Shown here one piece after another: positions 33,701-46,600 of a DNA stretch of 64,000 bases (position 1 is the stretch's first letter; every line of letters begins with the position of its first letter). The position numbers and the translations under genes are program-made. This DNA comes from Balanoglossus misakiensis (taxonomy: Eukaryota; Animalia; Hemichordata), in contig CM082585.2 of assembly GCA_040954595.2 (NCBI GenBank), positions 6,473,808-6,537,807 on the forward strand, in the 5' to 3' direction. The notes under the pieces are model-generated. The model was not told where the DNA came from, made no database searches, and worked only from the letters and a program-made list of their open reading frames with translations.

Positions 33701-36700
33701 TTCTGGTATAAGTATATGCTGGTCCATTTCTTTATTTTATCAATTGATATTCTACAGTGCTACTGTTCTGGTGATTAGGTTATTTTAGATAGTTTTCAGT
33801 GAAATAGGGGCATGCTTAGACAGGAGGCAAATATTAATGGATGATGCATAGATTTACAAGTAAAGCTTACATCACCATGGTTACTGGTAACCATGTGCTG
33901 AATAAGGTCAATATCATGTCATGTACATAGTTGGTAGTAATTTCTGAAATAATTGTATATGAATTATGACACAATGTCGCAAATAGTTGACATTTTCCGG
34001 ACTATCAACTTTATTTCAATTTGATAGAAACCTCGGGTCATGACAGGATATTGTAAACACCATATTGACATGATGGCTTGGACACCTATAACTATTTTAT
34101 TTTATTTTTTTCAGGTTTATCATGTTTGGTTTTGTTCAATTGATGTCGTGGAGTTCTTTTACTCTGAAAGATTGTTTGTTTTTTGGAGCTCTCATTTCAG
34201 CCACTGATCCAGGTAAATTAGTTTATTTTACTGTTTCAATCATATTAGCATTATGTAGCTATGGGTCACTCAGTATTGGTGTTCGTAAGTGACCATTATT
34301 TACTGTGGTCCCTGACCTTTGATGACCTGCAGTCGCTGACCTTCAAATTACGACCAGTTTGTATTTACCCAACGTTACAGAGTATTGTTTACCTCAGAGC
34401 CAAGTGTTTGCCATGGCAGTGTACATTGTAGATGTAGCCAATGACGGATTTTCATAGGGTGGCCATGCAGAAAAAGTACACCACCACATTGGTCATTTGA
34501 AGTCTTAGACACTCTCTCTTACCCAAATAAGGGCATATGTAAATAAGAGGTGGTTGTATACCTTTAACCCTTTCACCCGCAACACAACAAATATCTGTTG
34601 TATTATAAACATTTCAATGGTGCATTTGCTAGCTTCAGTAATTAATATCTCCAACTTGTCATTCTTATTCTATTTGCAGTGACAGTGTTGGCAATATTTC
34701 ATGATTTACACGTAGATGTTGATATGTATGCCTTATTGTTTGGAGAAAGTGTTATGAATGATGCGGTCGCTATCGTTCTAGCTGCGTAAGTACATAGACA
34801 TAATCATTATCATATGTAACATAGCTAGCTGTACATATACATGATGTGTTGACATTACTGGACATTTTAAATAATAGGTTCCCAGGCGGTCAGAATAAGA
34901 AAGGGATTATTCGTATACAAAAGAAATATTGCAAAAAACAAACAAACATTGCTACTACTGAATATTGAATATTAATACTAATTCAGGAGATGATTTGATA
35001 GATTTTGTCAGTTGTATATGTCAAAGATCATGTTTACAAGTATTTTTCTTGACTCTTGTTGTTTCTTATTGATATTATTTTGCATCCAATCTGACACTAG
35101 TCTTTGTGGTTGCATTGTTTTTTTTACAGCACCGTGGATAGTTACGATGCGTCCGAGTTCGATGTTGTAGCAATATTTTCTGCAATCGGTAGTTTTGCTG
35201 GAATCTTCCTGGGTTCGTTTATGATGGGCGGTGTCATTGGCTGTATCAATGCCCTGATATCCTTTACAAATGTCTACAAGAATTCCAGCTATCAGAGTTT
35301 GTAGATGTATAAATACAGGTGCTTTATACATATAGTATATTATGCAACAATGCACTTACATCAAAATATGTAATCAATACACATAAATACATGCAACAAT
35401 ACACTTACATCAAAATATGTAATCAATACACATAAATACATGCAACAATACACTTACATCAAAATATGTAATCTATACACATAAATACATGAATATTGAT
35501 TCATTTTACAGAAAACTTAAGTATAGCTCAAGATACATGTGTATATCTCACATCCTGTGAAACAGAATAATTATAATAACCAAGATTAGAAATTAAATTA
35601 TTACATGAATCCATGTTTACACTTGCATATTTTACTCTATTCTGAGAACATTGATTATTGTCATGTAAATAATTGCTCTAGGTTCCTTAACTTCTTTTCA
35701 CCTGACAAAATTTACCAAAATTCAAGACTTTCCTCTGCTGGAGACAGCCTTGTTTTGTCTGCTGTCGTACAGTGCATTCCTTATTGCTGAGGCACTTGGA
35801 TTAACTGGTGAGTCTGTTGCTCTCTATTGGATCTGTTACTAGTGTTTATATCTTATGAATGTTGCCATGGAGACACATAAAATAGTGCCATGGGCCTGGA
35901 TTTATGTACATGTTTGCGTGCATATGTGTGTTTGCGTGTGTGTGTATATGTATGTATGTACATGTATGCGAAAAATACATGTATGTGTATATTATGTGTA
36001 TGTACAAACTATAATATAACATTGCGTGGCAGTATATATGTTCCAGAATAATTACATGTTTGGCTGTTCTACTGTTTTGGATAAATTGTTATTCTGATCA
36101 CTTCAACATTTGTAATGTCTGTACTTCTCTGTTCAAATGAGACTCAGAGACAGTGATAATTAATTCAGATACAAACTGCTCATCTTCTCTCATATATAAA
36201 CTGGCTGTTTAATCCAAGAACCAAACTACATAATTAATCATGATCTTACAGCCATGGTAAAGAAATCAAATTGTGTCAAATGTTATTTATCTCTATCTAT
36301 GCTTACAGTCAGAATTCTTTTGAAAGTGAGATGTTTTTTTTTCTCAATCTGTGTTTTGTTTAGGTATTGTGGCTATGTTATTTTGTGGTATGGCACAAGC
36401 ACATTATACTTTCAACAATTTATCGTCTGAATCCCAGAGAAGAACAAAAGAGGTGGGTGGATATTATACTATAAAATTGCATAAAGAGAACATCTATGCA
36501 TTGAGATTAGGGTCATTTTAAATTGATTTTAGTTCTAACTCGGAGAACACAAGCGTGTAGCATACTTGCTTGTAATGAAGAAATATGGGGTTATGCTATA
36601 AATAATTTGTAAGCTATGAAGGGGTTTGAAATATTGCAGTGATAAATATGAAAATCAATGTGAAAGTCAATAATAAGTTATTGAAAAACCATTCATTGCA

Positions 36701-39679
36701 AGAATATTGATTGTGATTCTGTGTTTTGAGCTGAGATGTTGATCACCTTCAAGAAAAAGCCTTTGTCTTTAGTCTGTGTCGTTTCTAATTTCCCTTTTTT
36801 TCTGTGTTTTTTTTCAGTTGTTTGAAGTACTTAACTTTTTATCAGAGAACTTTATCTTTTCCTACATGGGAGTTGCAATGTTTACTTTCCAAAGCCACCA
36901 ATGGCATTTTGATTTCATTGCAGCGGCATTTGTATCCTTTACTGTGTTTGTCAACACAAATATGCGTAAATAAGGGTCAGCGTGTTCAAGTTGAAGGTCG
37001 TTTGATGCTAACTTTGCGGAGGTTCTTAGTCAGTAAGTGTTCAGTATGTCATGTATCTGTGGTCTTGATATGGTCGTTTTGACGGTTTGTGGTGTATGGC
37101 CAGTGGTTTTGCCTATGATGCAGAGTTGTTAGACTGAAGTGAAAGATTCTGCCTAAGACCCTTTACAACAACTGTAGGCACACTGTACTTGGCCACAACT
37201 GCATTGTATTAGTTTCAGAATTTTATATTCTCTCAGTTTTCCTTAATAATTTGTGACAGTTGGCGATTGGAGTTGCGCGTGTGTGTAATATCTATCCTCT
37301 ATCATTTCTACTCAATTTGGGACGGAAAAATAAAATATCTGGGAATTTTCAGCACATGTTGACATTTGCAGGTATGTACGGTATTGGATCGGTCTTTCGT
37401 GACTCCATTAACTCCATTTTGACTTTCTTTAAAAATGTATGTATACATTTTTAGTTCTCAATGACATATCTGCATATAGTGTCTTTGTATGTTAATTATA
37501 AACTTCATTTTACCATTTATGGATGTGAGTGGGTTCTTTTGTTTTCTTTCATTCTCAGGTTTACGAGGAGCCATCGCGTTTGCCCTTGCGATTCGCAACA
37601 CGGAAACAGCCGGTCGACAGACTATGTTGACTACAACTCTAATGATTGTACTTTTAACAGTCGTCGTGTGTGGTGGGGGAACAACTCAAATGTTAACATG
37701 GTTAAAAATCAGGTACTAGGTTATTTCTCTCTTTGTATGTCACAAATCATGTCTGAAATTTTGGCAAGTGTACTTCATCTGTGATTGTCGTACGACAGAA
37801 TTTTTAGAAATGTGGGGTCATACAATATCCGTCAGATGCTTAAAATACATCTCACTATTGTAATGGTATATCACCAATGACAGGTTGAAAATACAGTTAA
37901 CATATCATTTCTTAGCGGTCTTACTACTGTGAGTTGTCGACCTTTTACCCAGAATGCAATTATTCTAGTGTGATTTGACCCCCTAGCACAAAGTGAAAAC
38001 CTATTTAAGGCAGCCAGAATTAATTGTCATGTGTTATACAGCTAATGTCAACTTTGTATTTCTTCCTTGACTGACAGAGTGGGCGTAGATGATGACGACC
38101 AACCCCAGAATGTCTTTCATCATCTTGAAGCGGTAGGTTCTTGTGTCCAAATGAACTTTGGTGTGTCAACCAGCATAGATTGTTATGTCATAGAGAATGG
38201 GTTGCGTATACATAGGGTTTGCAGTGCATAGACTAGAGTCACTTGTCATGCTGGTTTGCGGTGGAAAATACCTCATATTTCTGTTTGTATTGCATTCCAT
38301 TTCAACCCAGCCAGGTACTGTCTTCAAGCTGCATCCATGTTGATGTGTTGTCCCCATTTTGTTTTCAGTCTCCATTAACCACGGATATTCATGTCTTAGT
38401 TCAATTTTTTAAGCACATTGTTTTGAATGACATTTGCAATAGCAGCCCACCGTTTGCTACTAAACAAAATGGTTGATTGATAAGTTCTGAAGCTGAAATT
38501 TTCCAAATCTGGTAGCTACTGCCAGAAATTCATATTCAAGTTGCTGGGTTGTTAGCTGTTCAAGCATCTAGTGGGGGTCCTGATCCTCTTGGGGTCACAC
38601 TCAGAACTGAGCAATCAACCTCAGTAGCTGAACGCTCCATGCCAATGTTTGTTAATGAAAAACTAGATCAGTGAAATCGCATTGTGGTGTTTCCATGATC
38701 ATACATGAATAAATATTGTCCCAAAATTCACGAAAGTTACACCTTTCTCAATATCAGTATATTACAGTTTTGATCCACTTAATATTCTAGCTGATTCCCC
38801 CGCAGGATTCGAACGATGAGAGACTGCGACGAAGAGTGAAGAAAATGGAACAAGCTTGGCTTGTCAGTCGATGGTACAACTTTGACCATAAGTATCCTTT
38901 CACATACTGCATATTCATTGAATATACACGTACCTGTGTAATGTTCAAGGAAATATACTTTTGAAATGTACTACTATGACTAGGTTGGCTAATCATGGAA
39001 TTGATGCTATGGTTAGGGTGGTATACTTACAGACATATAGCTTTCAAACCTATGACTATGATACTCCCTAAGTCACTAACACAAATTATTATACTCCCTA
39101 AGTCACCAATATATTAGCAGTTTTTTTTAACAAGGTAGATTATGTATTTGAAAACTAAAATGTATCTGTACCATGGTAATTTGCCTGAGACAAATCCTTA
39201 ATAATGACCCAGTTACATGAAGCCAATATTAACAAATCGTGGAGCTGAATTGTCTAAAACACTGCCTAGATGTTGTGCTCCTATAGCCAAATGTTTAACA
39301 AGAAGAGAGGTAAGTCATACAGAGGTTGGCAAAGGAATCTGTCGCGCTGTTAACGGACGATCAACTGACCAGTATTTGAGCATGTTATTGTTAAGACAGT
39401 GGAGTTGATTATCAAGTGTGACAACTGTGGTTTTTGTTTTGACTGAAGGAGGAAGTCACTCGGCCGGAAGACAGCGATTCCGAGATCATCCTGGACGACG
39501 AAGTGACGTACGGGGATGCTGTCAACAGCCCGAGCGTCACTGCCAGCACGGAGCAGATCATGCCCAACATCATCCCAAACCCGCAGGACGATGAACCGAT
39601 CGTCGACGGCGACCTCGGACTGGGGGATCACGAGCTCCGCACGAAAACCGGTCTCCTGCCAGACGCATCTGCTGTGTAA
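30715..39679 (+). CDS. SLC9A6: Endosomal Na+/H+ exchanger, NHE6/7/9 (SLC9A6/7/9) pro-ortholog, ~16 exons
   Basis: Exons approx: 30715 (or 30724)-30973, 32088-32305, 33152-33229, 33600-33676, 34115-34212, 34680-34785, 35130-35256, 35702-35807, 36364-36452, 36818-36931, 37260-37371, 37559-37712, 38078-38132, 38791-38891, 39213-39309, 39449-39679. Motifs: [94 protein letters not shown]. Confidence 0.95.
31760..32024. mobile_element. Non-autonomous DNA element (hAT-like CAGTG termini) with an internal poly(C)/poly(A) run
   Basis: cagtgtttcatct at the left end and agatggaacactg at the right end form imperfect TIRs. G/C-run-rich interior. No clean target-site duplication seen. Confidence 0.5.
32899..32990. 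mobile_element. piggyBac-like MITE copy
   Basis: ttaaccctttcacccccagttccc...ccatagaaaacaatggattcggaccaaaccatggtggtgaaaggttaa. Confidence 0.75.
35257..35701 (+). other. U12-type AT-AC intron in the NHE gene
   Basis: 5' splice site ATATCCTTT, branch TTCCTTAAC at ~35683-35691, 3' AC at 35700-35701. Joins INAL to LTKFTK in frame. Confidence 0.92.
35342..35491 (+). repeat. 49 bp tandem repeat x3
   Basis: Unit atgcaacaatacacttacatcaaaatatgtaatcaatacacataaatac, three near-perfect copies inside the AT-AC intron. Confidence 0.9.
36932..37259 (+). other. U12-type GT-AG intron in the NHE gene
   Basis: 5' splice site GTATCCTTT; branch TTTCCTTAAT about 12 nt before the AG. Confidence 0.88.
38892..39212 (+). 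other. U12-type GT-AG intron in the NHE gene
   Basis: 5' splice site GTATCCTTT; branch ATCCTTAAT about 9 nt before the AG. Joins FDH to YMKPIL. Confidence 0.88.
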
Positions 39680-39689
39680 CGTAGAGTGG

Positions 39690-40145
39690 CACGCTGTATC
39701 CTGTATTCCTTGTATCGTGTGTACACAGTGATACATTCCATCATGTATCCCTCATTTGGTGACTGTGTATAAAGCCCACCATGTATCCCATGTATTACGT
39801 GAGCATAACGTACAATACATTCCATCATGTATCCCTCATACGATGTGTAAAAAGCACCATATTACCATTTTGTACACAGTGATACATTCCACCATGTATC
39901 CTTTGTATATTTGTACACGGTGATACATTCCATCTTGTATCCCTCATATGATGTGAAAAGTGATACTTTTCCACCAATTGTCCTTGGTATTTGATACATC
40001 ATACAATACAGCATACAATGTATCATGTGTATAGTATACACAGTGGTACAATGTATCAAAATTCATTTGTGTGACATACAGTGTATCTGGCGTATAGTAT
40101 ACACTGATACAATGTTCTAAATACCCTTTGTATGACATCCACAGT
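39690..40145 (+). repeat. Degenerate tandem repeat in the NHE 3' UTR
   Basis: Recurring gtacacagtgatacattcca(t/c)catgtatccc units immediately after the stop codon. Confidence 0.7.
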
Positions 40146-43100
40146 GAAATGTGAGACCATGTGGTATTATTGTAGAGATTATTTTGTGTTCATCATCCTA
40201 AATTAGGATACACCTTACCTATTTTGATCTAGCTATACTATATAGGACCGTACCTTTGTTAAACCTTATTCTATTTATATAATAGCAGAGTAGATGAGGC
40301 TAGAAACAGTGAAAGTGAAACTGTGAACTTATCGAGGAGCCATTTTTTTTAATTTGCTTTTTTTTTATTAACATGGAGACTTCATGCAAGGCATGACATT
40401 GACAATCAAAAACAGATGAACTACTGAGGATCAAATTTGATGATTTGAAAATTTCCACAATACCGAGAAATCAAAGTGTGCTGCGAATGAGTGGGTTGTA
40501 CAAGATGGAGGGATTTGCACAATTTTGCTGCCCACGCTCTGCCGGAAGCGAAACTACCACATTGTCGCAATGAAATGGCAAACTATTTTTTTAATCCACC
40601 TAAATTATTCAAATCTACCTAATTTTGTAGAAAAGGCGCACAATCCACCCCCATACTGTAGTATCCTGGTTTGAAGAATGCAAAATTTTGTTTATCGAGT
40701 TACAAGATTTCAGCAGTCAGATATTTTCTAAGTAACTACCTATAGTACCTACAAAGATATGCTTTTTCAATGTTTTTATTGTGTGTGGTGTTTATGCCTG
40801 TGGTTTTCTGACTAGGTCAACACTCAACACCCAACTTACAACACAGTAGACAGATAAATATTGCCACTGTATGTTGATTAATATATCATGAATTAATTTT
40901 GAATTTTTTTATCCTTTGCACATAAATTATTTTTTTTATGTGATTTTTTTTACAGTTGTCTTTTTTGTTGGCTGTGTCTCAATTTCGTGCCAATGCCAGA
41001 GAAATGACTTCAAGATCAGATCATATAACTTTCTGCCATTTAAGTATGCAATGCTTATTTGGCACTCAACTCAAAGTATCGAGAGTGCTATTACTGTCGG
41101 TCTTGTGTGATAGTGTATATACAATGTATTAATATTTGCTTCATTTCCAGTGTATGAATACTGACCCATGTTGTTATCAAAGCTTTAAAATTCATTCACT
41201 TGTTCATGCTATCGTTTACACATTCATTCACTTGTAATTATGATGGGTGATGATGTTTACATAATTAATAATTCCAGCATGCATGAATTGAATTAAGTTA
41301 TTGTATATGTACAAATTTTCTGAGTAAACCAAATTATTGTGATGACAGTGTACAAAATCTTACATCCCTGTCTCTCAGTGTACAATATAGGAGTCTGTCA
41401 AAAAACATTGAAAACAGCAAAGGTATGACCAATAGTTAGCATAACATGGCTCACCGTAGTAGGCATGTAAATTGAAGGTCAGTGTAAGCAGAACACTAAC
41501 ATGTAGTTTGAAACATGAGATGGCAGCTATCTATAAAATTGCGATGTGTAACATTACAGTATTTATTTACAAGCACTGTACAATTTTTCAACACTGCTTT
41601 TGTTAATGCATGTTTTTTTTTTACATCTTGTTATATTGGTTGGTGGTAGTAAGATTCTGACTAGTTTTGTGTGGTGTTGTGGTTGGTGTAGATCATATAA
41701 CAAATAGGGAAAGAGTTGCCATTGACAACCATGAGAATAGGTATGCAAATCTAAATGTCTGTGAAAGACACATACTCATGAAAGGTGGTTCTTTTACTGG
41801 TGTGTGACATTACTGAAGGCCAGCGAGCGTGTTCATGACATTTCCTCACAGAACTATTTAACCCTTTAAACATTTTATTTATAAAATGTGTTCAATCATA
41901 AAACAGAATAAAAGTTGTAATTTTGTGAAGAACGTGGTTATATCTGTACTTCTAATGAAATGTGTTTTTTTCAAAAATTAATAATTGGCACCATATGAAT
42001 TTTACAGTAATGTAAACGAAGCTGACTGTGGAAGATACTTGTCTCTGGAAAGTTGTTCTACATTTCCAGGAAAAAAATTGCTCATGACCAACTGTACTAT
42101 CTCATTGCTATATTTCTTATATTTTTGTAATGAAACCATATACAGGGTTACCATTATTGGACTTTCTTTTTGTTTCATGTGAAAGTTCATTATTTTGTTC
42201 TGGTTACTGGTGTACGCGTTGCTTGTCAGAAAATTGCCTCAAGTCCCAAGATGAGCGTTTCACGGCTTTACTCTGTGTATCAACTTCAGGTTATTGTTAG
42301 ACTCAGGCATCATGAAATGACCAATATTTGAATTATCAGCAGAACCATTGGCTCTGATGTAGAACAAGAAACTGTAGGTGATGCGCAGAATAAAAATACT
42401 GAACAGCCAAAATTTAATGTACAGTTTCTGTTGAAGATGGAAACTAGCTATTAAATTTTTGTGCTTGTTCATCTTGGCAGACTTGTTATCCAAATGACAC
42501 ATACTTATGTACACTAAACAGAACAAATAGATATTTCATATGAGACGAAACTGTTAAAATTTCAAGAGATGGTTGTTTGCCTAGTTGAATAGGATTTGAC
42601 GTAGGGAATTATTTCTAAAACTAGCACTTTTTATCTGTGCTCTAAACAAGTTTTCTGGCATTAGTACTGGTGTCGTAGAAGTTACCCAATTTCGATTGTG
42701 GTGTGAGCTAGAATTATATAAAATATTGTTCTGTTATTATGCATACTGTTATGTAAATATTGCACTGCATTGAAATAAAAATTCTGTTGCATCAAGCAAG
42801 ATGTAAAATATGTGACTTGGATACTTTTGTTGACTTGTCTGCTTACGAATGGCATCAAGAATAGGGACCATAACACAATGATAAGATGACGGAAATATTG
42901 ACCAAATCCATATAAATATTAAAATACACTTTATTTCAAATTAAAGATTTTTTATATACAAATATAGACAAAACACAAATCAATAAGATCAATGTTGACT
43001 AAATCACTGATAGATTTGTTTTTACAAAAATATGATGGTGAACTATTTTCATGAGATTTTAGTAATTAAACAAATAATTGTGTTAAAAAGAATATATATA

Positions 43101-43652
43101 GACAAACGTGAAAATAAATTTTATTTCAATTCAGTTAATCAATTGTTAGCACATGCTGTTATTTTAATTTCAAATGAGTGAAACTTGTAATACCTCAAAC
43201 TCTACCAGAATGAGTAGAACACCCACAACTCAAAATGCAATACCACACCCAGCATGCATTGTGGCAGAAGTTGGAAAAGATTCGGGAAAGTATGGATTCA
43301 TGCAACAGGTGGCATGACTTGTCGAAATTTTACAGATTTGAAACGGAAAGTATGGGTTTGGAATATCACAATATCTGAAATGATAACCATAGTTCTACCA
43401 GCAGAAGCAAATATCACATGCCATGCACACTGCATTTGGAAAATGAACGCCTTTGGTCCTTTTGGTCCAAGTCAGATATGACAAACTCCTGCTCTGTTTC
43501 AAAGTCCTGGTTGTAGCCATGGCGCGAAACAGGAGACAAAAAGTGATCACAAAAAATGTACAAAATTTATCTTTTTTTTACAAGTTATAATTTTATAATC
43601 AATAATTGCGAATATTTCAGTGTTTTTACAGCCGTGTTGTTGATCAAAGTAG

Positions 43653-46600
43653 CTACCTAGCACCTGTAAATTTCTTGAGAGTTATCTCTGTGTTTTTGTG
43701 CAAATCTGCAATGTGGTCATCCAGCAAGAGTTCAAGTTCTCTGCCCCGACGTTTCTCTTCTGATACAAATGTGGCAGTCACTGACGCCCTGGACGTAGGT
43801 CTCTGTAAGCATAAAATATATCTATTAACTTCTCTGTACAAAATGCATGCAAGTCAAGTCAACTTTGCATATACACAGTCTGATATACAGTTGAACCCTG
43901 TGTAAACCGTACCCAAAAGGGACTGAAGGAATTGTTCGGTTTCCAGAGGTGTCCAGTTTATAGAGGTTCTTTTAACATGTGGTTCTATGTGAAAGGGACT
44001 GGGCAAGGTGTTCGGTATAGACAGATATCAAGATTCGACAGGGTTTGGTTTAGACAGGTTTCATTATACCATTATTGTCAAAGGAGGGACTTTGGAATCA
44101 ACAAATTGATTTTTTCTCTTCAGCACACTGACCTCATATTCATACTTTTCTGGCGTTGGAAGCATGCTGGGTAACTCCAGGGGTTCTTGGGTAGTGTTGA
44201 GACTGTTGCTTCGGTATTTCTCCGGCGATGACCCGTACAGTGGTGACCTGTGTGGTGACCTCTGTGGCGATGTCTTTGCGATGTGATCCACTGCGGTGAT
44301 GAATTCTGTCATGACGCCATTCTCACCTTCCAGCCCTGTCAGAAGCGGGGGAAAAATGATAAATTCACTCTTTAAGTGTTTCAATACTGCTTGTCTGATT
44401 TGCAGTCTGCGGGCAAGCAATTTTTCGGCATCCAGTAATAGTTTTTCAGAGTAGGTCTTTACTTTAGAACCGCCAGACACGTAACATGTATCAGGTATGG
44501 TGCCTCATCAGCCTCATGGCGTTTCGTCTGCACAGTCGCACCACGTTGCTGAAGTTGCCCGTCAGCTGCCAACTTGATGTCTCTTTGCCCTTGAGCACTG
44601 CAGTCATCTGCACACTACAGTTTATTCCAGCGTAGGCTTACTTACTTCTAAGGCAATCCAGTTGGTGTTTCATGGCTGCTTCTAAGTTAGCGTTCTCCTT
44701 TTGCAGTGATCTGATCTCTGTCTTGTATCGGTTGACTGTACTCTCATACCTAGACATCTCGTTCGATAGTCGCTTCTCGAAGTGTTCTTCCACATCTTTG
44801 ATCTTCCTGTAAGATGATCAATACGACTTTGTCAAGCAAGTATTTTCATGTCTTCTGGCATACAGGTTTGAGAGCAATATTCTGGAGATTCATTTGATTG
44901 TGTGCAGCTAATAAAATGATGCAAGAATGTATAGATGTATGTTTTGTGTGAAATCAAGCGCAAATCACAGAATACCGTAATTATGAAACCATGAACAAAC
45001 CTGTCATCTTGTACTTTGATGTTCGTGATGGCATTTCTGGTTTCTTGAAGAGCTGCACTATATTGGTGTTTGAGATTCGACAGGTCTTGTCTCAAGGCTG
45101 CATTCTCCTGCCGTAACCTACTGGCCTCATCCTGGATTTAAATCATGCACGGAATATTAATGAGTATGTATACTAGTGAGCATGAATATTAATGAGTTAA
45201 CCAGAACTCATGTCGAACCTGGGCAGAACCCTGCAACAGTTCATCTCAAATCAAATCTTGGAGCGATTTGCGCAAAATATTCCTTTTTAGATTGTAGAAA
45301 TTGAGCAAGAAGAAATTCCCAATAACATGTTTGATTCAATGTTGACGGAGACCAAAATCATCATGATTTATGTGAAAATTTGGAAAGTGCTTGAAAACCG
45401 CAAATCTGAGAGTCAGATCATTAGACTTACCTCTAACTTTGCAATAGTTTTGGTGTAATCAATCTGCAGATCTTGCAACTCATTCAGTTTCGCTTCGACT
45501 TCATGCAGATCCTTGGTGTTGGCTAGTTTTTCATTGGCAGTCATATCTCTCAAGTGTTTGTTTTCAAGTCTCAATGCATCCAGCTGCGCCACAGTAACCT
45601 GTACAGAAATACACAGACAGTAAGCAAACTACTGTAAAACATTTTATTTTCGCGAGTCAAAATTTTCGCGATATCGAGAGAGGCCACTGTTTCGCGAGTA
45701 TTAATTTTCGTGTTCTCTTATTTCATTCACTGCTTCGTTATCTTCAAAAACAATTTACGCGACTTTTTATTTTCACGCTATTTTGGCGCTCGTGTATTTG
45801 GCGAAAATTAATTGCTCGCGAAAATAAAGTGTTTTACAGTATCTTGACATCCACCTGGCATTCAATTATTCCTATAGGTGATTTTACATTACTAGCAAGT
45901 CACACATCTCTAAGAATGTGAAAAGTTGCACAAAATTACTTGCCTGAAGTTCATTATTGAGTCTGTCGTACTTGTCGCTGACCTCACGGAGTTCCCTTTC
46001 CATGGCCGACGCTTCATTACTGAGGGTTGCTATGGTAACATCCCGCTTCTGAAGCTCTGACGTCAGGGTGGATATTTCCGACCTCATCTTGTCGATCTCG
46101 GAGCTGTAGTACTTTTCTTGTGAGTAGTATTTTTCTCGACCCTGGAACGTAACCAATCAACAAACAAAACAAGTTTAATGACGGCATTGTCCATTGATAT
46201 TACATGTATTTCTGTTAAATGCTCTCAAAGTTGTACTCTTGTAATCAAGAAGAAACTGTGTGTGTATTACCTTGTGTACTTCCACACTGAGTTTCTTCAC
46301 TTCTGTGGTTTCGATCCTTCTCATGTCATCAATTTTCCTGGCGAGTTCCATGTTCAGATCAGTACACTCTCTCTGCAGGTTATCAATTCTTGAATTAAAA
46401 AAAAAAAACAGTAGGTGAAAAATTGAAGCATTGGGCTATTTGATCACGTAATTCTGTGACTGTCAATGAGGCAGGGCAGATAACTTTCCAATGGAAATAA
46501 ACCTTGTGCTGTGCAGGACTGATGATATCATATTCAACATGAAACAACAAAACCGTTGAAAAAACTTACTTGATTTGCAGTTTGCTATTCTCTTCTTGTA

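Noticed and set aside
35342-35491. Regular repeats superficially like a CRISPR array
   Set aside because: Head-to-tail 49 bp units without unique spacers, inside a eukaryotic intron, with no cas genes.
40150-43600. Short ORFs between the convergent NHE and CEP63 genes
   Set aside because: AT-rich 3' UTR-like sequence with low-complexity translations and no family motifs.
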